A stretch of DNA of 64,000 nucleotides, taken from an uncultured Acidimicrobiales bacterium (GTDB lineage Bacteria > Actinomycetota > Acidimicrobiia > Acidimicrobiales > JANYDT01). Numbering within the stretch: position 1 is the stretch's first letter; every line of letters starts with the position of its first letter. The position numbers were made by a program, and so were the translations under genes. Below, in pieces: positions 27,908 through 38,000 of this stretch. The stretch covers positions 495,919 to 559,918 of the forward strand of contig CAVXQD010000007.1 of the NCBI GenBank assembly GCA_963763885.1, in the 5' to 3' direction. The notes under the pieces were generated by a model. It made no database searches, was not told the DNA's origin, and saw only the letters and a list, made by a program, of their open reading frames with translations.

Positions 27908-28930
27908 TTGGAGCAGACTGAAACAGTGTTGAGCATCGCAGGGAACAAGTTGGCGGCGAGGCAGGGCCAGTGGGGTTGGATCGTCACTCCTGCCACAGAC
28001 ACGGTCAGCGCGTTCGCATGGCTGCCCGTATTCCTGGTTGCACATTTCCTGGTCGGCGATGCCCTCCGCGCATGGGCATCGCTGGTGTTCCTGTTCTCGC
28101 TGGTGCACCAGGCCATCACTCCCCTGTTGTTGGCGACCGATCGCCCGACGCGCGCCAAACATCGGCTCATTTACGCCGCAGGAATTCCGGTGGTGGCACT
28201 TGGATCGTGGTTGCTCCTGAAAGCTGGCCTCGGCTGGGTGGCCGTTGTCGCCGCCGGATGGAACCTCCTGCACACGCTGCGTCAGCGTTACGGCATTGTG
28301 CGGCTCTACGGGCGCAACTCCGGGCAGATACGCCGGCCTGCTGAGCAAGGGCTCATCTTCGGTCCATTTCTCCTTGCGGCAGGTATTGCCCTGTGGTTGC
28401 CCGGGACCCTAGACACGGTCGACCGGCTTGGTTTCGGCGGGATCAACGCGGAGATTGTCGACGGAATCCGGTCGATGTCTCGGTTCGCTCCCATCGTGGT
28501 GGTGGCATCGCTGGCGTGGACCGTGTGGACCGTGATGTCGTTGCGCCAAGACCGTGCAGAACGTCCACTGTCGCGCGCCAAACAGATTTATCTGGGTGCA
28601 TACGGTCTGTCTTTGGCCTGCGCAATCTTCGACCCAGCAGCAGGAGTCATCTCTCTCGTTGCGGCTCATTCGTTCGAATACTTCTTCGCGTTGGACGCCA
28701 CGCTGGGAAAACGTTTCGGCCGCCCCGGCACCACGCTGAACCGGTTGATGAAAGCAGCCGGGCACCGACGGGTGTTCCTGGCGGCGTCGGGGTTGCTCTG
28801 CGGCGCAGTCATTCTCACCGCCCGCGGGTTGCTGACGACCTCGGTGTATCTGGTGATCTACATGACCATCGGGGGGTCACATTTCCTCTTCGACGGCTTC
28901 ATGTGGCGCGGCGACCGGCCCCAGGGTTGA
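27908..28930 (+). CDS. hypothetical polytopic membrane protein
   Basis: 340-aa ORF with about 8 hydrophobic helices; no motif recognised. Confidence 0.5.
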   Translation: MEQTETVLSIAGNKLAARQGQWGWIVTPATDTVSAFAWLPVFLVAHFLVGDALRAWASLVFLFSLVHQAITPLLLATDRPTRAKHRLIYAAGIPVVALGSWLLLKAGLGWVAVVAAGWNLLHTLRQRYGIVRLYGRNSGQIRRPAEQGLIFGPFLLAAGIALWLPGTLDTVDRLGFGGINAEIVDGIRSMSRFAPIVVVASLAWTVWTVMSLRQDRAERPLSRAKQIYLGAYGLSLACAIFDPAAGVISLVAAHSFEYFFALDATLGKRFGRPGTTLNRLMKAAGHRRVFLAASGLLCGAVILTARGLLTTSVYLVIYMTIGGSHFLFDGFMWRGDRPQG

Positions 28931-28986
28931 TGAAATAGCCCGTCTGAGGGTGTCTAACTGAACCTCAGTTCAGTCAGAATCAGGAG

Positions 28987-31642
28987 ATGCTGATTCCACG
29001 GACGCGTCAGACAACCGCCGTTTCCAGAACCCTGGCCAGATTGGCCGCCACGGCGGTGCTCGTCGGCGGGCTGACACTCGCGGTCACAACCGGCACCCCT
29101 TCGGCTTCTGCTGCAGACGCCCTGGTTTACGGGGATTCCCTGTCGCCCACCTGGCAGAACTGGTCATGGGGCGCAACCGCAACAGACACATCGTCCCCCG
29201 TCGCCAGCGGAACCCGTGCCTTGGCCGTCAACGTGGCGGCTCCATGGGGAGCGCTCAGCTTGAGAACCGTGCCTGCAGTGGAGTTCGGCACCGGCACCAT
29301 CAGCCTTGCGCTGCACGGCGGTGCAAGCGGCGCATCGGTCTCGTTGTTCACCAGCCAGGACGACGGCAACGCAACTCCGTCCACGTCCGTCACGCTCACC
29401 GCTCCAGCCAACACGTGGGTGCGGCACACGGTCACAACGGCTCAGCTCGGTGCCGCACCACGGATTGGGCGCCTCAACCTGCAGTCACCCTCGGGCGCAT
29501 CGTTTTCCGTTGACGACCTCCGTGTCGACGCTGGGGCCATCCCTCCGTCCACGTTGCCGCCTACCACCCAGCCGCCGGTCACGTTCGAGGGCGCAATCAA
29601 CATCAACGCGGCTTCGACGATTGGAACAGTCCCCAATCGAATGCGCGGCACAAACCTCGGGTTCTATTCGGGCGGATGGTCGTTCGCCGACACAACGTTG
29701 CGTCGTCGGAGCCAAGGGGTATCCGCACTCACTCGTTACCCCGGCACGCAGGACAGCCAGCGGTGGGGCTGGGCCAGTTGCCAGATGGGCACCAACCTGC
29801 CCGCAGCCCAGGGATGCACCACGCCCAACTTCACGTGGACGGCACGTCCTTCTGACTTCATTGGGTTCATGCAGTCCGTGGGCGGAGAAGCAGTTGTCAC
29901 GCTCAACGCCAACGCAACAGCCAAAGAGAATGCCGCGTTCGTTGCGTTCATGAACGGCTCTGTTTCAGACACGCGTGTGATCGGCGTTGACCAGCGCGGG
30001 GCCGACTGGCGCACCGTTGGGTACTGGGCTCAACAGCGCGCCAACGCGGGATACCCAAGCCCCTTGGGCGTCACGTTGTGGGAGTTCGGAAACGAAACCT
30101 ACGGCGGCCTTCCAGGCGGCAACAAGTGTGTGGAATACGGGTGGGAAGTCACCTGGACGTGTAAGGCCACCGAGTTCCTGGACGGCGTGGGTTCTGGTGC
30201 AACCCGCCAGGACGGGTACCGCGCAACCAAGGCTGCGATGAAGGCAATCGATGCGTCCATCCAGGTTGGGTTTCCTGCGGAACGCAAGCTCGATGACTAC
30301 AACAGCTGGACCCGCGAGGCGATCGCAAACCATCGCAACGAGATCGACTTCTTCATCGTCCACCCGTACTTCACGTGGATCCCTCCAGCAGACACGCCCG
30401 CCGGTAACGCCGAGATTCTCAGCCTCCCGCAACGACACTGGAGCGAAATCTCCACGGCGTTCCGCAGCGGCTACACGCAGTACGGCAGCCGACAAGTCCC
30501 GCTGCTGATCAGCGAGTTCAATCTCACCCCGGGACGCGAGAACGACCCAGCAACGCGCATGAACGGGATCGGGAACGCCATCATGATGACTGACTCCGTC
30601 GGTGTGATGTCTCGCGATTCGCTGTACATGGGTGCAAACGCGTTTGAGCTGTACGGCGCTGCGTCGCCAAACGGGACGTACTTCAGCATGATGCGCAACG
30701 ACGGTGCGTTCACCCGCACCGCGCTGTACTGGGGCTGGACGATGTGGTCCCGGTTCGGTTCCACACTGCTTGATTCCTCCAGCACGTTCGATGCCGGGTC
30801 CACGTTGTCGGTCTATGCGGGCCGACGCGATGCGAACACGCTCACGTTGATGGTGCTGAACAAGTCGTCCCGATCCATAAGTTCACAGATCAACGTCAAT
30901 GGCGTCACCGGGATTCGATCCATTGTTTCCGACATTGCTGCCGGGACGTCAATGGCCGACCCCAACGTGTTGTTCAACGGGAGAGCCAACCCGTCCGACG
31001 ACCTGTCCGACGCTCCGGGTAACACAAGCGACGCAAACGGGCAACGCACCTTCGTCCGGGCATTCGCCCCATGGTCCATGACGGTGATGCGCATGACCAT
31101 TGGCGGTCCAACAGGCACCACGACAACGGTTGCACCCACAACCGTTGCACCCACAACGGTTGCACCCACAACCGTTGCACCAACCACGATCGGGCCCACC
31201 ACCACAAGGCCGCCAACCACCTCGACCGACCACGATTGCACCAACAACCGTCACCCCGACGACTGTTGCACCCACCACCGTCACGCCCACGACGATCGCG
31301 CCCACGACCACGCCTCCTGGTGGAGCGTCGTGCCGCGCGTCGTACACAACCCAGTGGCAGGGGGCAGCTTCGTTCGGCGGAGAGGGCACCATCACCAACA
31401 CCAGCGCCGTTGCCATCAACGGGTGGACGCTGCTGTTCACGTTCCCCGGAACCCAAAGCATCTACCAAAGCTGGGGCACCACCCACTCCCAATCGGGCCA
31501 ACAGGTAACCCTGCGCGACGCGGGTTGGAACGCCACTATCGCCCCGGGCCAAACCGTCACCTACGGCTACGCCGCAACCTTCACCGGCTCCAACCCACCG
31601 GTGTCGGCGTGGCGTTTGAACGGCGTGACCTGCAGCCCCTAA
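28987..31642 (+). pseudogene. secreted clan GH-A-like glycoside hydrolase with Pro/Thr linker and C-terminal CBM2; frame break in the linker near 31225
   Basis: Signal peptide ...TGTPSASAADA; WEFGNETYG (acid/base-like NE) and LLISEFN (nucleophile-like E). The CBM2 (CRASYTTQWQGAASFGGEGTITN...GWTLLFTF...WRLNGVTCSP*) is read only in the frame of ORF 31100..31642. Confidence 0.7.
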
Positions 31643-31773
31643 ACCGAGTCGCCGGTCTCTAGGTCCGGCGGTCCCGACCCGCGTTTCGTTGAGTGGTTGT
31701 CTCCTGCATGGCCGGGCGTCTCCTGCAGCCTGCTGAGCACGCCCAAACCTGCTCAGTACGCCCAGACACGGGT

Positions 31774-31812
31774 AGACGACACTGTTCCATGGTCAGGTGA
31801 ACAGTGTTGTCT
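31774..31812 (+). other. 14-bp-arm hairpin (one mismatch) in the 290-bp spacer upstream of the L,D-transpeptidase gene
   Basis: agacgacactgttc / gaacagtgttgtct with an 11-nt loop. It could be the terminator of the GH gene or leader structure. Confidence 0.3.
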
Positions 31813-31931
31813 GACACCTCCGGGCTGAAGTGCCCAACTTGTCCGACCACTTGAGGGATAATTGACAAGCGTTCGGGTGGTTGCCCGCTTTCGCCACCTC
31901 CCCCCGCACCTCAAGGATCCAAGGACCAACG

Positions 31932-33161
31932 ATGCCAGCGCACCGCTCCCGGCTATCACAAGGGCGGCGTGCCCGCATCTTCAGCCCTCTCTCTGTTGGC
32001 GCCATTTCATTGGCAGCACTCGCCGCTGCAACGTTCGCGCCCGGCGTTGCCACGGCAGTTGGCCCTACCCTGCCGCCAAAGGGTGCGGCGCCGGTCACAA
32101 CCAAGCCCTCCTCGGCCAACACAACAGTGAAGTCCGCTGCTGCCAAGGCACCCGCAAAATCGACGTCGAAGTCCTCTACCAAGACGGTGTCGAAAGCTGC
32201 GACGGCGAAGAAGTCGACGTCGAAGTCCAGCTCAGTTTCGGGGCTGGGGATGGGTTCTCGTGGCACGGCGGTTCAGGGGTTGCAAGAGCGCCTCATGGAG
32301 CTGAAGTACGACATCACCGACGCTGAGGGCCAGTTCGGCGATCAGACGTTCCATGCGGTGATGGCCTTCCAGAAGGCAAACGGGCTGGGCCGCACCGGTC
32401 GAGTCGGTAGCCAAATGCTGGCTGCGCTCGAGAATGCAACAGACCCCCAGCCGATGATGCCAACGGGAGGAGCCAAGCGTGTCGAGGTCGACCTCAAGCG
32501 CCAGATCCTCATGATTTGGGACAACAACGAGCTCTACCGAGTCATCTCCATCTCTAGTGGGAACAACAAAGATTTCTGCTCGTTCGACCCTGAGACCGAA
32601 GAGACCAGCTGCGACAAGGCAATCACTCCCACCGGGTCCTATCGGATCCAGCGCCGCTGGGTCGGCTGGCGCGAGTCACGGCTCGGCGAGATGTACAACC
32701 CGCTGTACTTCACGGGCGGTTTCGCAATCCACGGCTCGCTCAGCGTCCCAGGGACACCTGCTTCGCACGGCTGCTTGCGCGTACCGATGGTCACGGCCGA
32801 ATGGCTGCCTGGTGTCCTGGAAAACGGCGTCCCCATCTACGTGTTTGGCGCAAAGGACACGGACAAGAAACCAACCGCGTTGAAGTCGACAGCCGCCACC
32901 ACCCGGCCATCGGGCACCACGGTTCCGGGCGCAGCAACCATCCCCGGTGCCAGCACCGTCCCAGGTGCAAGCACGGTCCCAGGACAAACCGTTCCTGCAA
33001 CGGCCGGGCCAACCACCTCGACGTCCACCACAACCACCATCGTGCGGTTGCTCGATGCTGGCGGCAACACGTTGCCACCGACAAATCCCACTGCAACCGC
33101 TGCCCCGACGACAGCGGGACCAACCACAACGCCGCCGTCATCGCTTCTGCCAATCGGCTGA
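31932..33161 (+). CDS. L,D-transpeptidase with PG-binding domain and Pro/Thr-rich tail
   Basis: PG_binding_1-like GSRGTAVQGLQERLMELKY...FGDQTFHAVMAFQKANGL; YkuD core ...GGFAIHGS...PASHGCLRVP. Confidence 0.85.
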   Translation: MPAHRSRLSQGRRARIFSPLSVGAISLAALAAATFAPGVATAVGPTLPPKGAAPVTTKPSSANTTVKSAAAKAPAKSTSKSSTKTVSKAATAKKSTSKSSSVSGLGMGSRGTAVQGLQERLMELKYDITDAEGQFGDQTFHAVMAFQKANGLGRTGRVGSQMLAALENATDPQPMMPTGGAKRVEVDLKRQILMIWDNNELYRVISISSGNNKDFCSFDPETEETSCDKAITPTGSYRIQRRWVGWRESRLGEMYNPLYFTGGFAIHGSLSVPGTPASHGCLRVPMVTAEWLPGVLENGVPIYVFGAKDTDKKPTALKSTAATTRPSGTTVPGAATIPGASTVPGASTVPGQTVPATAGPTTSTSTTTTIVRLLDAGGNTLPPTNPTATAAPTTAGPTTTPPSSLLPIG

Positions 33162-33197
33162 TCGCTCCGACCAACTGACTAACGCTGTCTTCGCCGA

Positions 33198-33461
33198 TCA
33201 GCGCGCTCGAAGGAACGCAAGCACTGCCGACACTCGGCGGTTGGACTCCGGATCTTCGCCCAACCCAAGCTTGGAGAAGATCGCCGATGAATGGCTTTGC
33301 ACGGTCTTCGTGCTGATGTACAAATGGGCAGCAATTGCCTTGTCGGTGCGCCCTTCAGCCATCAGCTGCAGCACTGCGCACTCACGTGCTGAAAGCGTGC
33401 CAATTTGGCCAGCGCTCCCGAAGCTGTTCGCCTTTTGGGCAAGTGCATTGGGTCGGTCGAA
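33198..33461 (-). pseudogene. orphan LuxR/GerE-type HTH fragment (C-terminal part of a NarL-type regulator)
   Basis: Own translation: ...GTLSARECAVLQLMAEGRTDKAIAAHLYISTKTVQSHSSAIFSKLGLGEDPESNRRVSAVLAFLRAR*. The frame is closed by TAG at 33462-33464 with no start codon or receiver domain upstream. Absent from the ORF track. Confidence 0.6.
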
Positions 33462-33770
33462 CTATCGCGGCCGGTGTCGAGCGGCCCAAGACTGTCCCTG
33501 TGCGTTTGATGGCTCTGTCGCTTGGCGGACGGTTCGAGAACGACGCAGAACCCGTTTCAAGCGGGGTCATGATCGCTGTGGAGGCCGCGTTCGTCGTCGT
33601 GTGCGCAGCACGTGAGGCCTGGCGTCCAGACCCACAGCCGCTAGACGTCATCGCTGGACGGTTAGTGGTGAGGTCTAGGGATGAACAGGCGACCTGCCAC
33701 GGTAAGTGACCGTTTGCCGAGGTCTAACAATTTTCTTGACATTCACCTTTAGAAGCGCGTCGATCTAGAA

Positions 33771-35228
33771 ATGAAACGCTTAATCGTCGGTAGTTTCGTT
33801 TGCGTCGGCCTCGGGTTCGCCACGCTCTCTCCGGTTTCCGCAGCAAAGCTCTCAGCCAGTGACTATCCCGCTAACGAGATGGCCCCGTTGTATCCATTCA
33901 CTGACAAACCAGCACCTGTAGTGAAATATAGCGTTACACCGAAGAATTTTTCCGCTGAGCCGACACCGCGACCAAAAGAGCCAACTCCGACCGATCCCTC
34001 TCTTTTGAGTGATGATCAACTTCGACAGATCATCGATTTAACCGGTTTTTCGGAAACGGATGCCAGGCTTTCGTGGAAACTCAGCGGTGTACTTCTGGAT
34101 TTACAAGAACAGTTCAAAGAGAACCCAGCCTTTGGTGCGGCATGGAACGGAATTACGGGAACATTCTCACTGAACGTTCGCCTAGCGAAAGAAGACGAGC
34201 AAGTAGAACAGGCTATCAAGGCAAAAGAAAAGGAGTTGGGCATTCCTATCAACCGACACTACGGTGGCATGTCCTACAAAGATGAGGATCATTTTTTACG
34301 AGTGTACCTTGCTCAATTTTCGAAAGTTCGGTTCAAAACGGACACTGACTACGAAACTGGTCTTGTCACTATAACGACACTCGACCCGACCATGACGGAG
34401 AGAGTCAACGCTCAGAAAAACCCGCACGTGAAAGTTGTCAACGAGGATCCTGCACCGACGAAGCCTCTTTCTGGTTCGTCTTCGGCTCCCGGTGCCTCGC
34501 TTTGGCAAGACACAAGTTACGGAGGTGCTTGGAACGGACAGTCTATGTATCCCGGAGTTGGTGCCCCTCCGAATCAGTATGTCGGCTGGGGATGGAGTTG
34601 TAGCGGGGGAGCGTCGTTTCGGACACCTTGGAATCCTGTTCAAAAGAGTCTAGTAACCGCGGCTCACTGTTTGGATCTGCCTGGTTCAAACGGATACAAC
34701 GATCAATACAGCGCAATAGCCACTCAGTCCACCATCTACAATGGTTTCTATAGCCAAAGATGGACCGTTTGTGGTGACTACGGAGATGTTCAGTTTCACG
34801 ATTACTACCAGGCATATCCATATGTGAGCAATCTTCTTGCCGTAGGGAGTGCTGCGAGTCCTACCTACTACTTTGCGAAGGAAGTAGCAGGGGGTGTTAA
34901 CCCGACCATGTGGACCTACAACAGTGGCGCAGCTTCAAGAGTTGTGAATGGAAATGTTCCTCTCACCCTTTTTGATCGTTTCGGGTGGTTTCCAGGCGGT
35001 GGTGGCGCGTCAGACTGCAACCAGTCGATGTATGGTCCAATCACGGTTGGCACTCCCGCAATTGAGGGTGACAGCGGCGGAATACTGATCAATAAGTATC
35101 TCAACGATTGGTATTTGGCCGGGATTCTGCACGCCGTCAATGGATATGAGACTCAATCAACTTTCATTTCTTGGATTTTCGGTCAACAAAACAAGAGTTG
35201 GTGGTGTACAACAGCAAATCCTTGTTAG
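33771..35228 (+). CDS. secreted chymotrypsin-fold (S1, alpha-lytic-protease-like) serine protease with long propeptide
   Basis: Signal peptide MKRLIVGSFVCVGLGFATLSPVSA; catalytic motifs VTAAHC and EGDSGG; low-GC codon usage. Confidence 0.85.
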   Translation: MKRLIVGSFVCVGLGFATLSPVSAAKLSASDYPANEMAPLYPFTDKPAPVVKYSVTPKNFSAEPTPRPKEPTPTDPSLLSDDQLRQIIDLTGFSETDARLSWKLSGVLLDLQEQFKENPAFGAAWNGITGTFSLNVRLAKEDEQVEQAIKAKEKELGIPINRHYGGMSYKDEDHFLRVYLAQFSKVRFKTDTDYETGLVTITTLDPTMTERVNAQKNPHVKVVNEDPAPTKPLSGSSSAPGASLWQDTSYGGAWNGQSMYPGVGAPPNQYVGWGWSCSGGASFRTPWNPVQKSLVTAAHCLDLPGSNGYNDQYSAIATQSTIYNGFYSQRWTVCGDYGDVQFHDYYQAYPYVSNLLAVGSAASPTYYFAKEVAGGVNPTMWTYNSGAASRVVNGNVPLTLFDRFGWFPGGGGASDCNQSMYGPITVGTPAIEGDSGGILINKYLNDWYLAGILHAVNGYETQSTFISWIFGQQNKSWWCTTANPC

Positions 35229-35246
35229 CAAAACACATCTGGGCCT

Positions 35247-35465
35247 TCATTTGGTACTTGCAACGACATTCCCTGAGGGCCATAAAATTCGTGAGCCGTC
35301 ACACTCGATGGGCTCACGGGTCGGCAAATAGATCGGGCAAGGTGGCAAAGTACTGGGCGAGGTAAAGTCCTCTTGGATGGTGGGTCGCGTCGCCTCACCG
35401 GCCGACAAGAAAAGGCCCACCCCTAGAAACGTCACTAAGAGCGAACTCAGAAGCCACTTTCTCAT
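35247..35465 (-). CDS. hypothetical small secreted protein with a single Cys-bounded loop
   Basis: MRKWLLSSLLVTFLGVGLFLSAG signal-like N-terminus, then ...PPCPIYLPTREPIECDG. Convergent with the protease gene. Coding status uncertain. Confidence 0.3.
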   Translation of the reverse strand: MRKWLLSSLLVTFLGVGLFLSAGEATRPTIQEDFTSPSTLPPCPIYLPTREPIECDGSRILWPSGNVVASTK

Positions 35466-35817
35466 ACTCTTAGAGCTATCGACACCTTTCTTGGAAAGCT
35501 TGAACACCTGCAAGACCGCTCCGAGAACGCAGGTCCCCCGTATCGCTCGAACGAAGATCTAAATCAACTTGCTCGGGACCACCGCCCCGAGAGTCATTTG
35601 TTAGCGGCTTTATCCAGCCGTTTCGGCTCGATGATTTTGACACCCTTCAATCCAGATCGAAAGTCGTCAGGTGGCGCAGATGGGTCGCTGCCAGACGCCA
35701 GCACCCCGATATTGGCCCTTACTTCGCGCGAGGTATCACCGCATATTCTCGATTGCCAAGCGTCTCAAAAGCGAACGATTCTGAGACACTCCAACGTTCG
35801 CTCAGTTCCCGGCAAAA

Positions 35818-36240
35818 TCAGTGCGCTTTCGTTCGCTGACGGAAAGCGAGGACGTATGCCGCATACACAAATGCTCGGTCGGACCGTCGAATGAGACGTC
35901 CTGACGGATAGGCGAGAACAAGGTGTGAGAACGCAGGCATGCTCAACCCGTCGGAGAAGAGTCCAACCGTGACCAAGAACCGACAAGGGGGTCCGAGATC
36001 CTCCAGCAATCCCGCCGCCAGGAGTACGAGGACCAGTTTCCACATCCGGCTATCGGGACGACGCCGCCGCAGGGTGACAGCCACCCCGAAGACCGCAAGG
36101 ACTGAACCGAGCTGCGCGAACTCACGCCCAGGAGGACGGTCGACGTCCAGCGGGTACGCCCAAAACTGCCACCAGACAGACCCAACCATAGAGTCGGGAA
36201 TCCACCTCCAAAGGGGTTTGCGAGGTGGAATGCCCCACAT
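35818..36240 (-). pseudogene. N-terminal membrane fragment, possibly of a sensor histidine kinase
   Basis: 140 aa with TM segments and ...FSHLVLAYPSGRLIRRSDRAFVYAAYV..., which resembles the N-terminal sensor region of actinobacterial NarL-partner kinases. No HisKA/ATPase part follows. Confidence 0.3.
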
Positions 36241-36264
36241 TTGGGGGCAACCTCTGTCGCCGCC

Positions 36265-37137
36265 TCAGCCGGGCAGGGAGTCGGCGTTGCCGCCGCAGAT
36301 CACGACGCCTACCGTGGCAGTTGCTGGCGGCTGCCACGCACCGGTCATCAACGCGGCAAGCGCCGTTGCGCCGCCTGGCTCGGCAACAACGCGCATGTCG
36401 TTCCAGAGCCACCGTTGCGCTGCAACGATGGCGTCGTCGTCAACAAGGGTGCTGGCCGCGACCCGAGTCCGCAGAATCTCCCACGGCACTTCGCCTAATG
36501 AAGGCGGGCCAAGGCTGGTGCGAGCAATACCTTCGGCGGGAGTGGGCACCACATGACCAGCGCGCTGCGCTTCGGCTAGCGACGGACACCCGATTGGTTC
36601 AACCGGCACCACTCGGCCTTTTTTCTCAAGAGCGAGGGCCACACCCGCTGGAAAACCCCCACCGCCAACGGCACATAACCAATGAGTCACCTGTGGCGCG
36701 TCTTGGAGCAGTTCAAGCCCAAGCGTTGCCTGGCCCTCGATGGTGCGTTCCTGGTTATAGGGGTGCAGCAGTGGCCAGCCCCGCTCTGCCACCAGTTGCT
36801 CGGCCACCGCAAACGCTTCAGCGGGAACATCGCCGTGCAGAATCACTTCGGCCCCGGTACGACGCATTGCCTCGACCTTGGTGGCCGCTGCCGAAAGCGG
36901 AACAACAATGGTGGCCCGACGCCTAAGCCGCTGGGCAGCCCACGCAACCGCAAGGCCGTGGTTGCCACCGGAACACGCCACTACTTCTGGGGCCCCTGAG
37001 ACAAGCAACGAGTTCACCGCGCCCCGGACCTTGAACGATCCGGTGATCTGCAACGACTCCAGCTTGAATGTCACTGCGACACTTGCTGCGGAGCCGATGA
37101 CAGGCACCTCGGCAACCATGATTGGAGTGCGCCGCAC
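36265..37137 (-). CDS. PLP-dependent threonine/serine dehydratase family enzyme (N-terminus apparently continues in another frame to about 37195)
   Basis: ...FKLESLQITGSFKVRGA (PLP Lys), ...GGNHG..., GGGG loop CAVGGGGF. The upstream frame encodes VITAESIAAAAQRVE, which joins naturally to PYVRRTPIMV. Confidence 0.8.
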   Translation of the reverse strand: MRRTPIMVAEVPVIGSAASVAVTFKLESLQITGSFKVRGAVNSLLVSGAPEVVACSGGNHGLAVAWAAQRLRRRATIVVPLSAAATKVEAMRRTGAEVILHGDVPAEAFAVAEQLVAERGWPLLHPYNQERTIEGQATLGLELLQDAPQVTHWLCAVGGGGFPAGVALALEKKGRVVPVEPIGCPSLAEAQRAGHVVPTPAEGIARTSLGPPSLGEVPWEILRTRVAASTLVDDDAIVAAQRWLWNDMRVVAEPGGATALAALMTGAWQPPATATVGVVICGGNADSLPG

Positions 37138-37217
37138 ATACGGCTTCGACCCGCTGCGCTGCGGCTGCGATGGACTCAGCGGTGATCACGAAGTCAGCAG
37201 CCCGTCGGGAGTTCTGA

Positions 37218-38000
37218 TCAGAAAGGGATATCGGCGAATGGGTCTGCGCCGCGTGCAGCAGCAGCTGCCTCGGGTGGCAGATACTGCTCGTAGCCGGTGC
37301 GTTCCAGTTCTTTGGCCAGCTCTGGCCCACCAGACTTGACGATGGTGCCCTTCACAAAAACGTGCACAACGTCTGGCGTGAGTTCGTCCAACAGGCGCTG
37401 GTAATGCGTGATGGCCAACACGCCAAGGCCGTCTTCCTGCGACGCTTGCAGTACACGTCGGCTGACGGCGCGCAGTGCGTCGACGTCGAGACCGGAATCG
37501 ATTTCGTCGAGGATGGCAAAGCGCGGTTTGAGCACGCCCAGCTGCACCGTTTCGTTGCGCTTCTTCTCGCCGCCGGACAGGCCGACGTTCAGCGCTCGGT
37601 CCAAGAAGCGGTGATCGAAGCCGATACGGTCTGCCTCGGCCTCCATCAAGGCAACGACATCAGCGTCGGCTCGGCCGGCGGCTCGCATTGACGCCTGGAG
37701 CATTTCGGAAAGGACGACGCCGGGAACTTCGGTTGGATACTGCAGGCCGAGGAACAAGCCGGCATGCGCCCTCTTCCAGGTGGGAAGCGCAAGCACATCG
37801 ACCCCGTCCAAGGTGACCGTGCCGGCGGTGGCTTCATAACCGGGACGACCCATCAACACATGCGACAACGTGGACTTGCCGGAACCGTTGGGGCCCATCA
37901 GCGCGTGCACTTCGCCAGAGCGAATGGTGAGGCTGAACCCTTTGAGGATCTCTGTACCGACAGGACCGCCGGTGAGACCGGAGATGACAAGTTCGCTCAT
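37218..38000 (-). CDS. sufC: Fe-S cluster assembly ATPase SufC (copy 2)
   Basis: GPNGSGKST, SGGEKKR, ILDEIDSGLD, ITHY. ATGA overlap with the sufD-Rieske stop. Confidence 0.85.
   Translation of the reverse strand: MSELVISGLTGGPVGTEILKGFSLTIRSGEVHALMGPNGSGKSTLSHVLMGRPGYEATAGTVTLDGVDVLALPTWKRAHAGLFLGLQYPTEVPGVVLSEMLQASMRAAGRADADVVALMEAEADRIGFDHRFLDRALNVGLSGGEKKRNETVQLGVLKPRFAILDEIDSGLDVDALRAVSRRVLQASQEDGLGVLAITHYQRLLDELTPDVVHVFVKGTIVKSGGPELAKELERTGYEQYLPPEAAAAARGADPFADIPF

Larger units (their letters stand above)
33462..35817. other. low-GC island
   Basis: Hand counts of 60-nt lines give 40% (34261-34320) and 47% (34681-34740) against 65% in a flanking line (32941-33000). The island is bounded by two gene fragments. 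Confidence 0.55.

Noticed and set aside
31663-31931. cyclic-di-AMP (ydaO-type) riboswitch upstream of the L,D-transpeptidase gene
   Set aside because: The context is suggestive, since cell-wall enzymes in Actinobacteria often have one. I could not find the conserved ydaO core motifs, only a generic hairpin at 31774-31812.
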